Positions 29,682 through 38,563 of a stretch of 64,000 nucleotides of DNA are shown one piece after another; the stretch's first letter is position 1, and every line of letters starts with the position of its first letter. The stretch lies in assembly GCF_001182045.1 (NCBI RefSeq), contig NZ_CVTY01000006.1, forward strand, positions 356,086 to 420,085, written 5' to 3'. Below the pieces are notes generated by a model. The model ran no database searches and was not told where the DNA came from. It saw only the letters and a program-made list of their open reading frames with translations. The DNA comes from Dakarella massiliensis (GTDB taxonomy: Bacteria; Pseudomonadota; Gammaproteobacteria; Burkholderiales; Burkholderiaceae_F). Made by a program: the position numbers and the translations under genes.

Positions 29682-30599
29682 TTATTCTCCAACCTGAAAG
29701 AGTTCTTCCGTGTGACCGTCCGGGTAGAAGCGGATGCCGAAGCGCCGCGCGACCCAGCAGTGGAAGTTGATGACGACAGGGAGAATGGCGGTGTGGGTGG
29801 AAGCCCAGCCGATCTTCACGGCAAGCGCCGACGTGTCGCCGCCGATGCCCGCGGGGCCGTTCCCGAGCTTATTGATGTCGGCGAGCAGTTCCTGCTCGAG
29901 TTCATCAAAAAGCGGATCCGGGTTGTGGTCGAGCCAGTTGCGGGTCGAGATCGCTTCACGCGAAAGCTTCGCCGCGACGTCCATCTGGCCGCCGAGACCG
30001 ATACCGAGGGAGAACGGCGGGCAGGGGTAGCCGTGCGCGCCGACCTGGCCCCGGGCGCCGGTGACGGTGTCGAGGACGAGCTGCTTCAGGCCCTTGTAGT
30101 CTTTCCCAAGCGTCGCGGGCGTCAGGATCTTCGCGACATTCGGAAGCTCCGCGCCGCAGCCCTTCGCACTCACGATGATTTCGCAGTAGGGGAGGTCCTT
30201 CTCGTAGCGGAGCTCATAATTCGGAACGCCGCGGCCCGTGGAATCGCCCGGGTTGAAACGGGTGAGCGGATGCACGATCGAGGGGCGGATGTAGCCCTGC
30301 TTCGTCGCGTCGACGACAGACCGCGTGATGTTATCGATGAGGTTCGAGAGGTTCGGCTCATAGGCTTCGCCCCAGCGGATCCAGACAGACGGGTATCCAG
30401 GCGACTGGCACACCGGCTTATCCTCGATCCCGGCGAGACGCTCGTTCTCCACCATCGTTTCGAGGAATGTCTTCGCCGCGGGGTTCGTTTCCTTCTTCGC
30501 TGCTTCTTTGAGCAGGTAAAGGACGTCCGGCGAAATACGGGTGCACATCTTGTGAGTCAGGTCGAAGACCTGCTCGTACGGCAGTTCTAATTTAGCCAT
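29682..30599 (-). CDS. Fe–S hydro-lyase alpha subunit, tartrate/fumarate family (TtdA/FumA-like)
   Basis: About 305 aa alpha-subunit homolog. Operon with the beta subunit and the GntR regulator. Confidence 0.85.
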   Translation of the reverse strand: MAKLELPYEQVFDLTHKMCTRISPDVLYLLKEAAKKETNPAAKTFLETMVENERLAGIEDKPVCQSPGYPSVWIRWGEAYEPNLSNLIDNITRSVVDATKQGYIRPSIVHPLTRFNPGDSTGRGVPNYELRYEKDLPYCEIIVSAKGCGAELPNVAKILTPATLGKDYKGLKQLVLDTVTGARGQVGAHGYPCPPFSLGIGLGGQMDVAAKLSREAISTRNWLDHNPDPLFDELEQELLADINKLGNGPAGIGGDTSALAVKIGWASTHTAILPVVINFHCWVARRFGIRFYPDGHTEELFQVGE

Positions 30600-31090
30600 A
30601 GTGTCTCTTCTAGTTGGTTATGAGGCTTGTCAGCGGAGCTGAGAGGAGGTGTGTGACTCCAGACAGCGTGTTTCTCCTGCCTCAGAAGGCCAGCGTGTGA
30701 ATCAGGGCCGCAGGCTCTGAGACCGCTGTCCGGTTCGTACGCCCGGACAGGCTTAAAGCACAGAATACACAGACTTCCCGTCGCCGGTATGCCTGTTTTT
30801 TCCCTTTATGGGATACCGGTATACCAGTTGGCGCACGCTCAATATAGCTCGAAAGGATTAGAAAATCCAGCCCGAAAGAATGATATGAGAACGGAAAATG
30901 TGACTTTGTATAGCGTTGATCCCCGAGTATTGGGGGTTTCAGACGAATGAAGATCGTTCTCAATCCGTTTTGCGTAATACGGAAGAAATCCCCCTTCAGA
31001 AACTTTTTGAAACGGAAAAGGGCCGGACCTTCCCGCTGACTCCCGGGAAGAGGGGATGAAACGGGGGAAACCGGTTTCTGTATTACATCA

Positions 31091-31131
31091 ACAACTTCAG
31101 TTATCAAATAATATTTGATAACTGAAGTTTG
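31091..31131. promoter_or_regulatory. Perfect 18-bp-arm palindrome in a 900-bp intergenic region
   Basis: AACTTCAGTTATCAAATA|ATATTTGATAACTGAAGTT. Confidence 0.6.
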
Positions 31132-31597
31132 CGGTTTAAATAACCGTCTGAAATTCAACACGAACCCGAAATCGATTTTCGTTAGCCCGTAGACCGTAAT
31201 ACGAAAGAGCGCGAAAACGTTATTCCAGAGTCCGTTATTGAACTGAATATCAGGGTCAGATTACGAAATCAATTCTCTTAGTTATGTCTCGATATCAGAG
31301 GAAGAGCCGCGAGGAGCGGAGAGGTGTTTTCTCCCGTTTTGAGTGACCGCGGAAGATTCCGGAATAACGCTGGTTTCCGTGAAATGTAACAAATTTTTAA
31401 CTTCGTCAATCGGGTTAAAATCGCAGGGTAAGTTATACCGAGTCCCAAGCTTTCCGACGCACGCAGGAACCGACAGAGATGGGGGTGGAATGTCTCCCGT
31501 TCCGGTTCCTTGAAGATGTGAAAATCAGTACTAACCGGAGTAGCATTGGAATACGGTTCCGGAATTATCGATCCCGGACCCGATCAACCCCTTTTCA

Positions 31598-32386
31598 TTG
31601 AAGCTGAAACCGAAAATGATTATCGACTTAGTCAAGTGGGACACACGAAACCCGAAGCTTCTCGCGTGGAAATTCCCGTCACAGGAACTCTCCACCTGGA
31701 CGCAGCTGATCGTTAACGAGACGCAGGAAGCGTATCTCGTAAGCGGCGGCGTCTACGAGGGGCCGTATGAGGGAAGCCGCCACACCCTCTCGACGCAGAA
31801 TATCCCGATTCTCCGGAATCTCCTCGGGATCCCGTTCGGAGGGCAGTCGCCCTTCACGGCTGAGGTCTGGTACATCAACAAAGCCGCGATCCTCGACCTC
31901 AAGTGGGGAACACCGGACCCGATCCAGCTGAAGGATCCGCTTTACGGCGTGATGGTGCCGGTGCGGGCGTTCGGACAGTACGGTATCCGGATCCGGGACG
32001 GGAAGAAGTTCCTCCTGAAACTCGTGGGGACGCTCCCGAGTTTTGACGCCGAGTCACTCAACAACTACTTCAAGGGCATCTTCATTCGGAAAACGAAGAC
32101 CCTGATCTCTGAAACGATCATTCAGAAAAAGATCTCGGTCCTCGATATCTCGATGTATCTCGATGAGATCTCGGATAGCCTCCGGAATCTCTTCGCGGAA
32201 GAGCTTGATCAGTACGGGATTGAGATTGTCCGGTTCGACGTGATGTCGATCAGCGTGCCGGAGGATGACCCCTCTGTGATATCGCTTAAGGCCGCGCTCG
32301 CCCGCAGGGCCGAGCTCGGGATCCTCGGGAACAACTATCAGCAGGCCCGGAGCTTTGACGTGCTGGAAGCCGCGGCGAAGAACTAA
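31598..32386 (+). CDS. SPFH/band-7 domain protein (COG4260-like). Reading frame continues after an in-frame TAA into the next ORF.
   Basis: 262-aa SPFH-like sequence ending ...EAAAKN*. The next ORF is in the same frame, 8 codons later. Confidence 0.6.
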   Translation: MKLKPKMIIDLVKWDTRNPKLLAWKFPSQELSTWTQLIVNETQEAYLVSGGVYEGPYEGSRHTLSTQNIPILRNLLGIPFGGQSPFTAEVWYINKAAILDLKWGTPDPIQLKDPLYGVMVPVRAFGQYGIRIRDGKKFLLKLVGTLPSFDAESLNNYFKGIFIRKTKTLISETIIQKKISVLDISMYLDEISDSLRNLFAEELDQYGIEIVRFDVMSISVPEDDPSVISLKAALARRAELGILGNNYQQARSFDVLEAAAKN

Positions 32387-32410
32387 GGGACCACCGGAGC
32401 CTTTGTCGGA

Positions 32411-32650
32411 ATGGGGCTCGGAACAGGGCTCGGCGGCGCGATGAACCCGATGGCACAGGGTTCCGGTGCCGGCGCGGTGATCAACACGAATCCGCCCCCG
32501 GCTCCAGAGGCGGCTCCCGCCGCGCCTAAGGCTGAAACGATCAGCTTCAAGGAAAAGATTGAGATGCTGAAGCAGCTCGGGGAACTCCGCGCCCAGGGCG
32601 TGCTGACCGAAGAAGAGTTTGCGACTGAAAAGAAAAGGATTCTGGGATGA
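32411..32650 (+). CDS. Gly-rich linker plus SHOCT domain; probably the C-terminal part of the upstream SPFH gene
   Basis: EKIEMLKQLGELRAQGVLTEEEFATEKKRIL is a SHOCT-domain signature. Same frame as 31598..32386. Confidence 0.55.
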   Translation: MGLGTGLGGAMNPMAQGSGAGAVINTNPPPAPEAAPAAPKAETISFKEKIEMLKQLGELRAQGVLTEEEFATEKKRILG

Positions 32651-33327
32651 ACGACATCAAGCTGAAGTTCGTATTTCTGTCGATCCTCGCGTTCGTCGCG
32701 GTGATCTTTATTCTTGCGGTGCTCGTGCCGTCTGACCTTCGGAACGGGTACTTCTACGCCGCGGCGTTCCTCACGGCGCTGAGTGTCGCGTACCTCTTCA
32801 TCATTCCGACCTGCCCGGGGAAGAAGGGGATGGATTCGGCGCTCGCGGGGCTCGGGATCGGGATTTTCTTTGGCGGGCTGCTCGCCGGGGTCGCGCTGCT
32901 CTCGCTTGTCTTTTCGCTCTGCGGGTTCCTGAAGCTGTCGCTCGCGACCGACGCCCTCTGGGTGCTTGGGCTCGGCTGCCACTTCGTGTTCAGCAATGTC
33001 ACGATGAAGCAGGTGTCCAAGCTCGCCGAGGAAACGAACGCGTTCCCGTGGAATAAGCAGGTCGCGTCCGATCTCCGCACGATTCAGGCGAAAGCGAAGG
33101 ATGACGAGGATAAGAAGATCCTCGAGCGTCTGATTGACGCCGCCGCGTTCTCGAACCCGAAGCAGTATCCGGCCTCCGAATCGCTTGAGAAGCAGATCGT
33201 CGCCGCGGTGGGCGAGCTCGAATCGAGCCTCGGTGACGCGAAGGCCCTGAACGATAAGGCGCAGGCCCTCTTCCGGCTCTTCAATCAGCGGAACATTCTC
33301 GTCAAAAACGAATTCAATAAAGGCTGA
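32647..33327 (+). CDS. Membrane protein of unknown function (N-terminal TM bundle, C-terminal soluble region)
   Basis: ATGA start/stop overlap with the preceding ORF; 4-5 hydrophobic helices. Confidence 0.5.
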   Translation: MNDIKLKFVFLSILAFVAVIFILAVLVPSDLRNGYFYAAAFLTALSVAYLFIIPTCPGKKGMDSALAGLGIGIFFGGLLAGVALLSLVFSLCGFLKLSLATDALWVLGLGCHFVFSNVTMKQVSKLAEETNAFPWNKQVASDLRTIQAKAKDDEDKKILERLIDAAAFSNPKQYPASESLEKQIVAAVGELESSLGDAKALNDKAQALFRLFNQRNILVKNEFNKG

Positions 33328-33332
33328 GTGAC

Positions 33333-35240
33333 ATGGCTGACTTGAAAATCCGCTGCGACAAATGCGGATCCGAACTCACGTATAAGCCCGGCACCGAGAC
33401 GCTGGTCTGCGCGTACTGCGGGAATACGGTGAGAATCCCGACCCAGGTCGTGAATCCGGAAGATATTACGGATACCGACCTCATCATCCCGCTTCAGATT
33501 CAGGGGGATGCCCTCACGAACGCTACCCGGGTGTATATGACACAGGGCCAGTTCACGCCGGATGATCTCGTGCAGAAGGCGACGATCACGAAGCAGTGGC
33601 TGAAGTACGTGCCGTTCTATCTCTATCACGGCGAATTCCACGCGAACTGGACCGCGTCCTTTGGCTATAACCGCCGCGAAGGATCCGGGAGCAACAGCCG
33701 CACTGTGACAGACTGGCGTCCGGCGAGCGGCACCGTGAGCGGCCCCTTCAGTCTCCTCGGCTACGCGGGGAACGAGGTCGACAGGAACTGCGCTGATCTT
33801 CTCGCGGATCAGGACCGGTCGAAACTCGTGCCGTATGACGCCAAATTCATGACGGGGTTCCCGAACGACAAATTCGCGCTTTCGGAGCGTGAAGCCTATC
33901 AGACGTATGTCGAAGATCGGGTTGCCGCCCTGGTGGCCTCTGAAGTGAAGGCCAACGCGCAGGGCGATGAGCAGAAAGACTGGCACTGGAGCGGCTCTCA
34001 GTCTTACGAGACGAAAACGCTTTACCTCCCGGTTGGTCTCAGTGTCTTTGAGTACGAAGGGAAGGAATACAAGGTCTGGGTGGACGGCGTGGATCCCACT
34101 CGGTTCACGGGGGATCCTCTTCCGGTAGACGATAAGAAGCAGAAGTCTTCTTACTATGGCTGGATCTCGTTTGGTCTCACCTTGGTTTTCTCAATCGCGT
34201 ATCTCTTCGGGAAAGACGCCGCGCACGCCTCGGGCTGGATGGGAGCCGCGCTCCTTCTTACCGCGCTTTATGCCCTGATCCGGAAGTTCGTGATGAGCTC
34301 CTACTCGAAGAAACTCCGGAAGGCGTTTCTCACGCAGGTTCAGGCGGCGGATATTGATACATCGCACGCCACTCAGGAGCAGCTTGCGGAAATCTCTAAG
34401 AGCTATAAGCTCCCCGAGAAGCCGTTCATCGCGAATACGGCGAACGACAAGTTTATCCTCCCGATTCTTTCAATCGCGGGTCTGGCCTGTATCGTGGGAC
34501 CTGGCGCGGTGGAAACGACGGGGAGCGGCACCGCTGTGACGACGTCCGCTCCGGCGAGAGCGCCGAAAACCGCGGCGCTTGCTGAAACCGCCAGTTCATC
34601 GGCTGCTTCCAGTGAAGAGAAGAAAGAGGAGGATGACGTTCTCATTCATCATGGTCATGGGGCTGATGAAATTGCCTTGAATATTGCTGAGGCAATTCAT
34701 CCCTACCCAATGGATCAAGCTTCCGGGATTTTCGACAAGATTCTAGATAGCATGAAGACAAATCCTGCCCGTGTTCAGACCTACATAAACCAAATCCGGG
34801 GATTGCCGGTTCCGCCTAAGGGCGATCGGAAAGCTTCACGGGCCTTCAATCGTGAAGCACTGGAGCTTCTTCATAGTGGTCAGACAAATGCGGCGATCGA
34901 TAAATTCGCAGAGGCTGTCAAGGCTGATCCGACGGATATTGAAGCAGTCAATAATCTGGGGTTTGCGCTTCTTAAAGATGAGCGTGACGGAGAGGCTGAA
35001 TCTGTTCTCTATTCCGCTTTGACGCTTAATCCAACTCGGGCGGAAGGGTGGTTTAACCTCGGAGATGCCCTGGCGAAACAGGGGCTTGTGGGCGCGCCTG
35101 AAGCCATGATGCTGGGCTACAGGTTCTGCAACGACAACCGCAAGCAGAAAACGAAGCAGCTTTGGAATCGTCTGATTTCAGATCCGAGCACCAATCCTAA
35201 GGTGGCTGATGCTATGGTCACTGCACTGAGCACGATTTAG
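33333..35240 (+). CDS. Zn-ribbon / TM / TPR-repeat multidomain protein
   Basis: CDKCGSE...CAYCGN zinc ribbon at the N-terminus, hydrophobic helices at about aa 290-330 and 370-390, and C-terminal TPR-like repeats (EAVNNLGFALL..., EGWFNLGDALAKQG). The codon-composition break at about 34620 is described in the findings. Confidence 0.6.
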   Translation: MADLKIRCDKCGSELTYKPGTETLVCAYCGNTVRIPTQVVNPEDITDTDLIIPLQIQGDALTNATRVYMTQGQFTPDDLVQKATITKQWLKYVPFYLYHGEFHANWTASFGYNRREGSGSNSRTVTDWRPASGTVSGPFSLLGYAGNEVDRNCADLLADQDRSKLVPYDAKFMTGFPNDKFALSEREAYQTYVEDRVAALVASEVKANAQGDEQKDWHWSGSQSYETKTLYLPVGLSVFEYEGKEYKVWVDGVDPTRFTGDPLPVDDKKQKSSYYGWISFGLTLVFSIAYLFGKDAAHASGWMGAALLLTALYALIRKFVMSSYSKKLRKAFLTQVQAADIDTSHATQEQLAEISKSYKLPEKPFIANTANDKFILPILSIAGLACIVGPGAVETTGSGTAVTTSAPARAPKTAALAETASSSAASSEEKKEEDDVLIHHGHGADEIALNIAEAIHPYPMDQASGIFDKILDSMKTNPARVQTYINQIRGLPVPPKGDRKASRAFNREALELLHSGQTNAAIDKFAEAVKADPTDIEAVNNLGFALLKDERDGEAESVLYSALTLNPTRAEGWFNLGDALAKQGLVGAPEAMMLGYRFCNDNRKQKTKQLWNRLISDPSTNPKVADAMVTALSTI

Positions 35241-35304
35241 CAGCGTGAAAGCGGTCAGCAGTAAAAGAAGGCAATGACCTGACTGGTCAGTGTCAGGAAA
35301 CGGG

Positions 35305-35343
35305 AGCCCTGAGGATTATCTTCAGGGCTCCTGTTTTTTTCAC
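35305..35343 (+). terminator. Rho-independent terminator
   Basis: GGAGCCCTGA...TCAGGGCTCC stem followed by TGTTTTTTT. Confidence 0.6.
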
Positions 35344-35595
35344 CGCTATGAGGAATTGAGGGTAATGGGTACGTCTTTTCTTCGGTCCTTGTTATGCTGT
35401 CGGGGAACCACTTTGCTGTATTCCGGGCGCGGCGAGATGCGAATCAGTTAAAAAACACGGTTCTGACCTCACCATCAGAGTGGACCTCCTCCCGCAGAAG
35501 CCCTGAAATCAATGAAGGCGGCACAGGTGATTAGAATAAATCGCGTAAAGCATTGCTTAAAACCCATCGAAATATCTCTCAATTCATCCTAGATC

Positions 35596-38451
35596 ATGAA
35601 GATTTATAAGAAGAAAAGCATCAGGAAAGGTCAGAACAGCGTCAAGTGTTATCAGATATTGGGTAAAACCGTTCTCAGGAAAGAAAAGAATGACGCCATT
35701 AAGAAATATGCTTTCTTCGGGAAAAAATGGGGTATTTTCAAGCAGAAAAAATCGGAATTAATTGAAGGAAAATCCGTTAAACAAGCGGTCGAACCCATAC
35801 CGCAGGCGGCTAAGCCCATCCCGGAAGACCCATACAAGAAATGGGTCAGGCGTCTTGATACTATTTACGATCAGGACGTGGTGATGATGAAGGAGGCAAT
35901 TTCCAAATTTAAATTGCTTCCTAAATTCAGTGTTGTCATGCCGGTATATAACACCGACATAGGATTTTTAGAGAAAGCTATCCATAGCGTTCTGGATTAG
36001 ACCTACCCTTATTGGGAATTATGCATTGCGGACGACGCGTCTCCTGATCAAACAGTCCGAGACTGTATCGCGAGCTATGCGGCAATTGATAACCGGATCA
36101 GGTACGTTTTCCGTAAGAAAAATGGGAATATCTCGGTTTCATCGAATGACGCGATTAATCTGGCGACCGGGGAATTTATCGTCCTGTTTGATCATGATGA
36201 TATTTTGGATATATCAGCCTTGTTTTGCCTGGCTGAGAGGATAAACGCCCTCGGCGGTAAGGTTGACCTGCTGTATACCGATGAAGACAAGATAGATGAA
36301 GACGGAAACCGGTTTAATTCCTACTTCAAACCGGATTGGAACCGGGCGCTCTTTCTCCAGCAGAATTTTATTGCGCATCTCGGATGCTACAGAACCGCTA
36401 TCGCGAAAGAGATCGGCGGATTCAGAGCCGGTTTTGAAGGATCTCAGGATTACGATTTCGCGCTTCGGTTTATCGCTCGCATTTCAGAGTCAGGAATCAG
36501 CCACATCGACCGGATTCTGTACCATTGGCGCAAGGTTCCGCAGCATCATTCGTTCAGCACTGATTTTCAGGATAAATCTGACGCGGCCGCGAAGCGGAGC
36601 CTGGAAGAGCTGTTCGCCCCTCGGGGATGGAAAATTGAGCCATCCAAAACGATGGTTGGCTGTTGGCACTGGGTGCTGCCGGAGCCTGCGGACGAACCCC
36701 TGATCAGCATTATTAATCCCACCAAAAATCATGTGGAACTAATAAAACGATGTGTTGACAGTATTCTCTCCAAAATCACTTATAAGAATTATGAAATTCT
36801 GATTGTGGATAATAAGAGTGAAGAAGAATCAACCATTGAGTATTACAAAGAGCTGAGCGGAAAAGAAAAAGTCAGGCTCCTGCATTTTGATGAGCCGTTC
36901 AATTACTCAAAGATAAATAATTTTGCCGCCCGTTCCGCTCAAGGGGATTATCTCTTGCTGCTGAATAATGACACCGAGGTGATCAGCGGCGATTGGCTTG
37001 ACTCGTTTATTAAGAGATTCGCCGCCGATCCGACCGTCGGTGTGATTGGCGCGAAACTGCTCTACCCCGATGGTTCGATCCAGCATGCGGGTGTTGTGAC
37101 GGGAATCTACAAGGTGGCTTCTCATCCGTTCAGATTCCAGAAAAACGATCCTTCCTTTGGCTACTGCAGTCTGGACCGGTATGTCAGTGCGGTGACCGGG
37201 GCCTGTCTGATCATCAGGAAAAGCTTATTTGATCAGGTAGGCGGGCTGGACGAAGAGAAATTGCGGATTTCCTTTAACGACGTGGATCTATGCCTGAAGG
37301 TAAAGCAACGTGGGTACCACATCCTGTGGACGCCGGATGTCATTCTGAACCACTATGAAAGCCAGACGAGAGGAAAGGACGAGACGCCGAAGAAAAAGCT
37401 GGTGAACTTCAATGAACGGAAGGCCATGCTCGAGCGGTACGGGGACAGTCTCTTTTTTGACGAGTTTTATAACTCGAACTTATCCCTCGATTCTGAAGGC
37501 TATGAATTTACCCATTTCCCGAGGAAGCAGAAGCCTTGGAGAAAAGACAGTATCGATTTTCTCTGCCCGTTTCACCGCGGTGACGTGATTGTCGGATTAG
37601 CAGTGGCGGTAACCTACAGCGCGCTATCCGATAAGAAGCTGTCTTTCCATATATCCAGGGATTTATATGACTGGATTGCGCCTTTCCTGTATTCGGGTCT
37701 GTTCAGAATTATCAGAAATGAAACAGGGTTGCCTGCTGCCGCGGAAACGTTTGGAAAATTTAATGAAGCGATGGAAAGGGTTGTCACAAGACCTGATTTT
37801 TCGGGGAAATTAGCGACCTCTCATAATGTTCTTCCCTTTGAGCAGACAGGGACTGACATTGTCACGAGCATGCTGCTTGGGCTTGGACTTCCTGCTGATA
37901 CACGGCTGAAAAGGCTGTCTGCTTTCAGGGTTCCCCGGAAGAGAGAACATAAAAAAAGGATCCTCATCCATCCTTATGGCTCATGGAAACTGAAAACTCT
38001 GCCTTTGGAGACGATAGAAAAAATCATTGAGATCGCTCATCAGCAGGGGTATTCGGTGACTCAGGTGGGAGGCGCTTCGGATAAGAAAATCGCAGGATTT
38101 GATGACTATTGCCTCAGGAATGAAGACGTTGTTTATTGGTTCTCGCTCTTGAAGGACTCCGCCTGCATTGTGTGCTGCGACAGCTGGTTCAGCCATTTCG
38201 CGGCCTTTATCGATTTCCCCTCAATCACTTTTTATGGCTCCACCTCCGCGCGGCACTGTTCCTCAAGGGAGCACTTTGAGGCGGGATGGTCCAAGTACCT
38301 GGTGATTGATTCCAGCTGTGAACTGGCTCCCTGCAATTCTCTGACCTGCAAGCTTGATAACGGCAGTGTCTGCAAGGGGTTCAGGTGGGATAACAGGATC
38401 GCTGAATTTATTGCTGAACTGTCAGAGGAGGGGAAAGACATCGGTGAGTAG
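35596..38451 (+). pseudogene. Approximately 950-aa tri-domain glycosyltransferase (GT2 + GT2 + GT-B/GT9-like) interrupted by an in-frame TAG at 35998-36000
   Basis: FSVVMPVYNTDIGFLEKAIHSVLD*TYPYWELCIADDASPDQ: the stop replaces the conserved Gln of the GT2 motif and the frame is otherwise continuous. Second GT2 block is LISIINPTKNH...ILIVDNKSE. The C-terminal block ILIHPYGSWKLKTLP... is heptosyltransferase-like. The ORF-track piece 36205.. starts at TTG. Confidence 0.6.
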
Positions 38452-38563
38452 TGCCGGTGTTTCTGACAGGGTGGCTGATTTTCCGAGCAGGAAAGTGGAA
38501 ACAAAAACCCCGAAAGCGTGATTGCTTCCGGGGCTTGGATACCTGCACGGTTTACGGCGAATC

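Noticed and set aside
30682-31161. A 159-aa ORF on the minus strand in the long intergenic region
   Set aside because: It has low-complexity, non-protein-like composition, overlaps the palindrome, and has no SD. It is likely non-coding.
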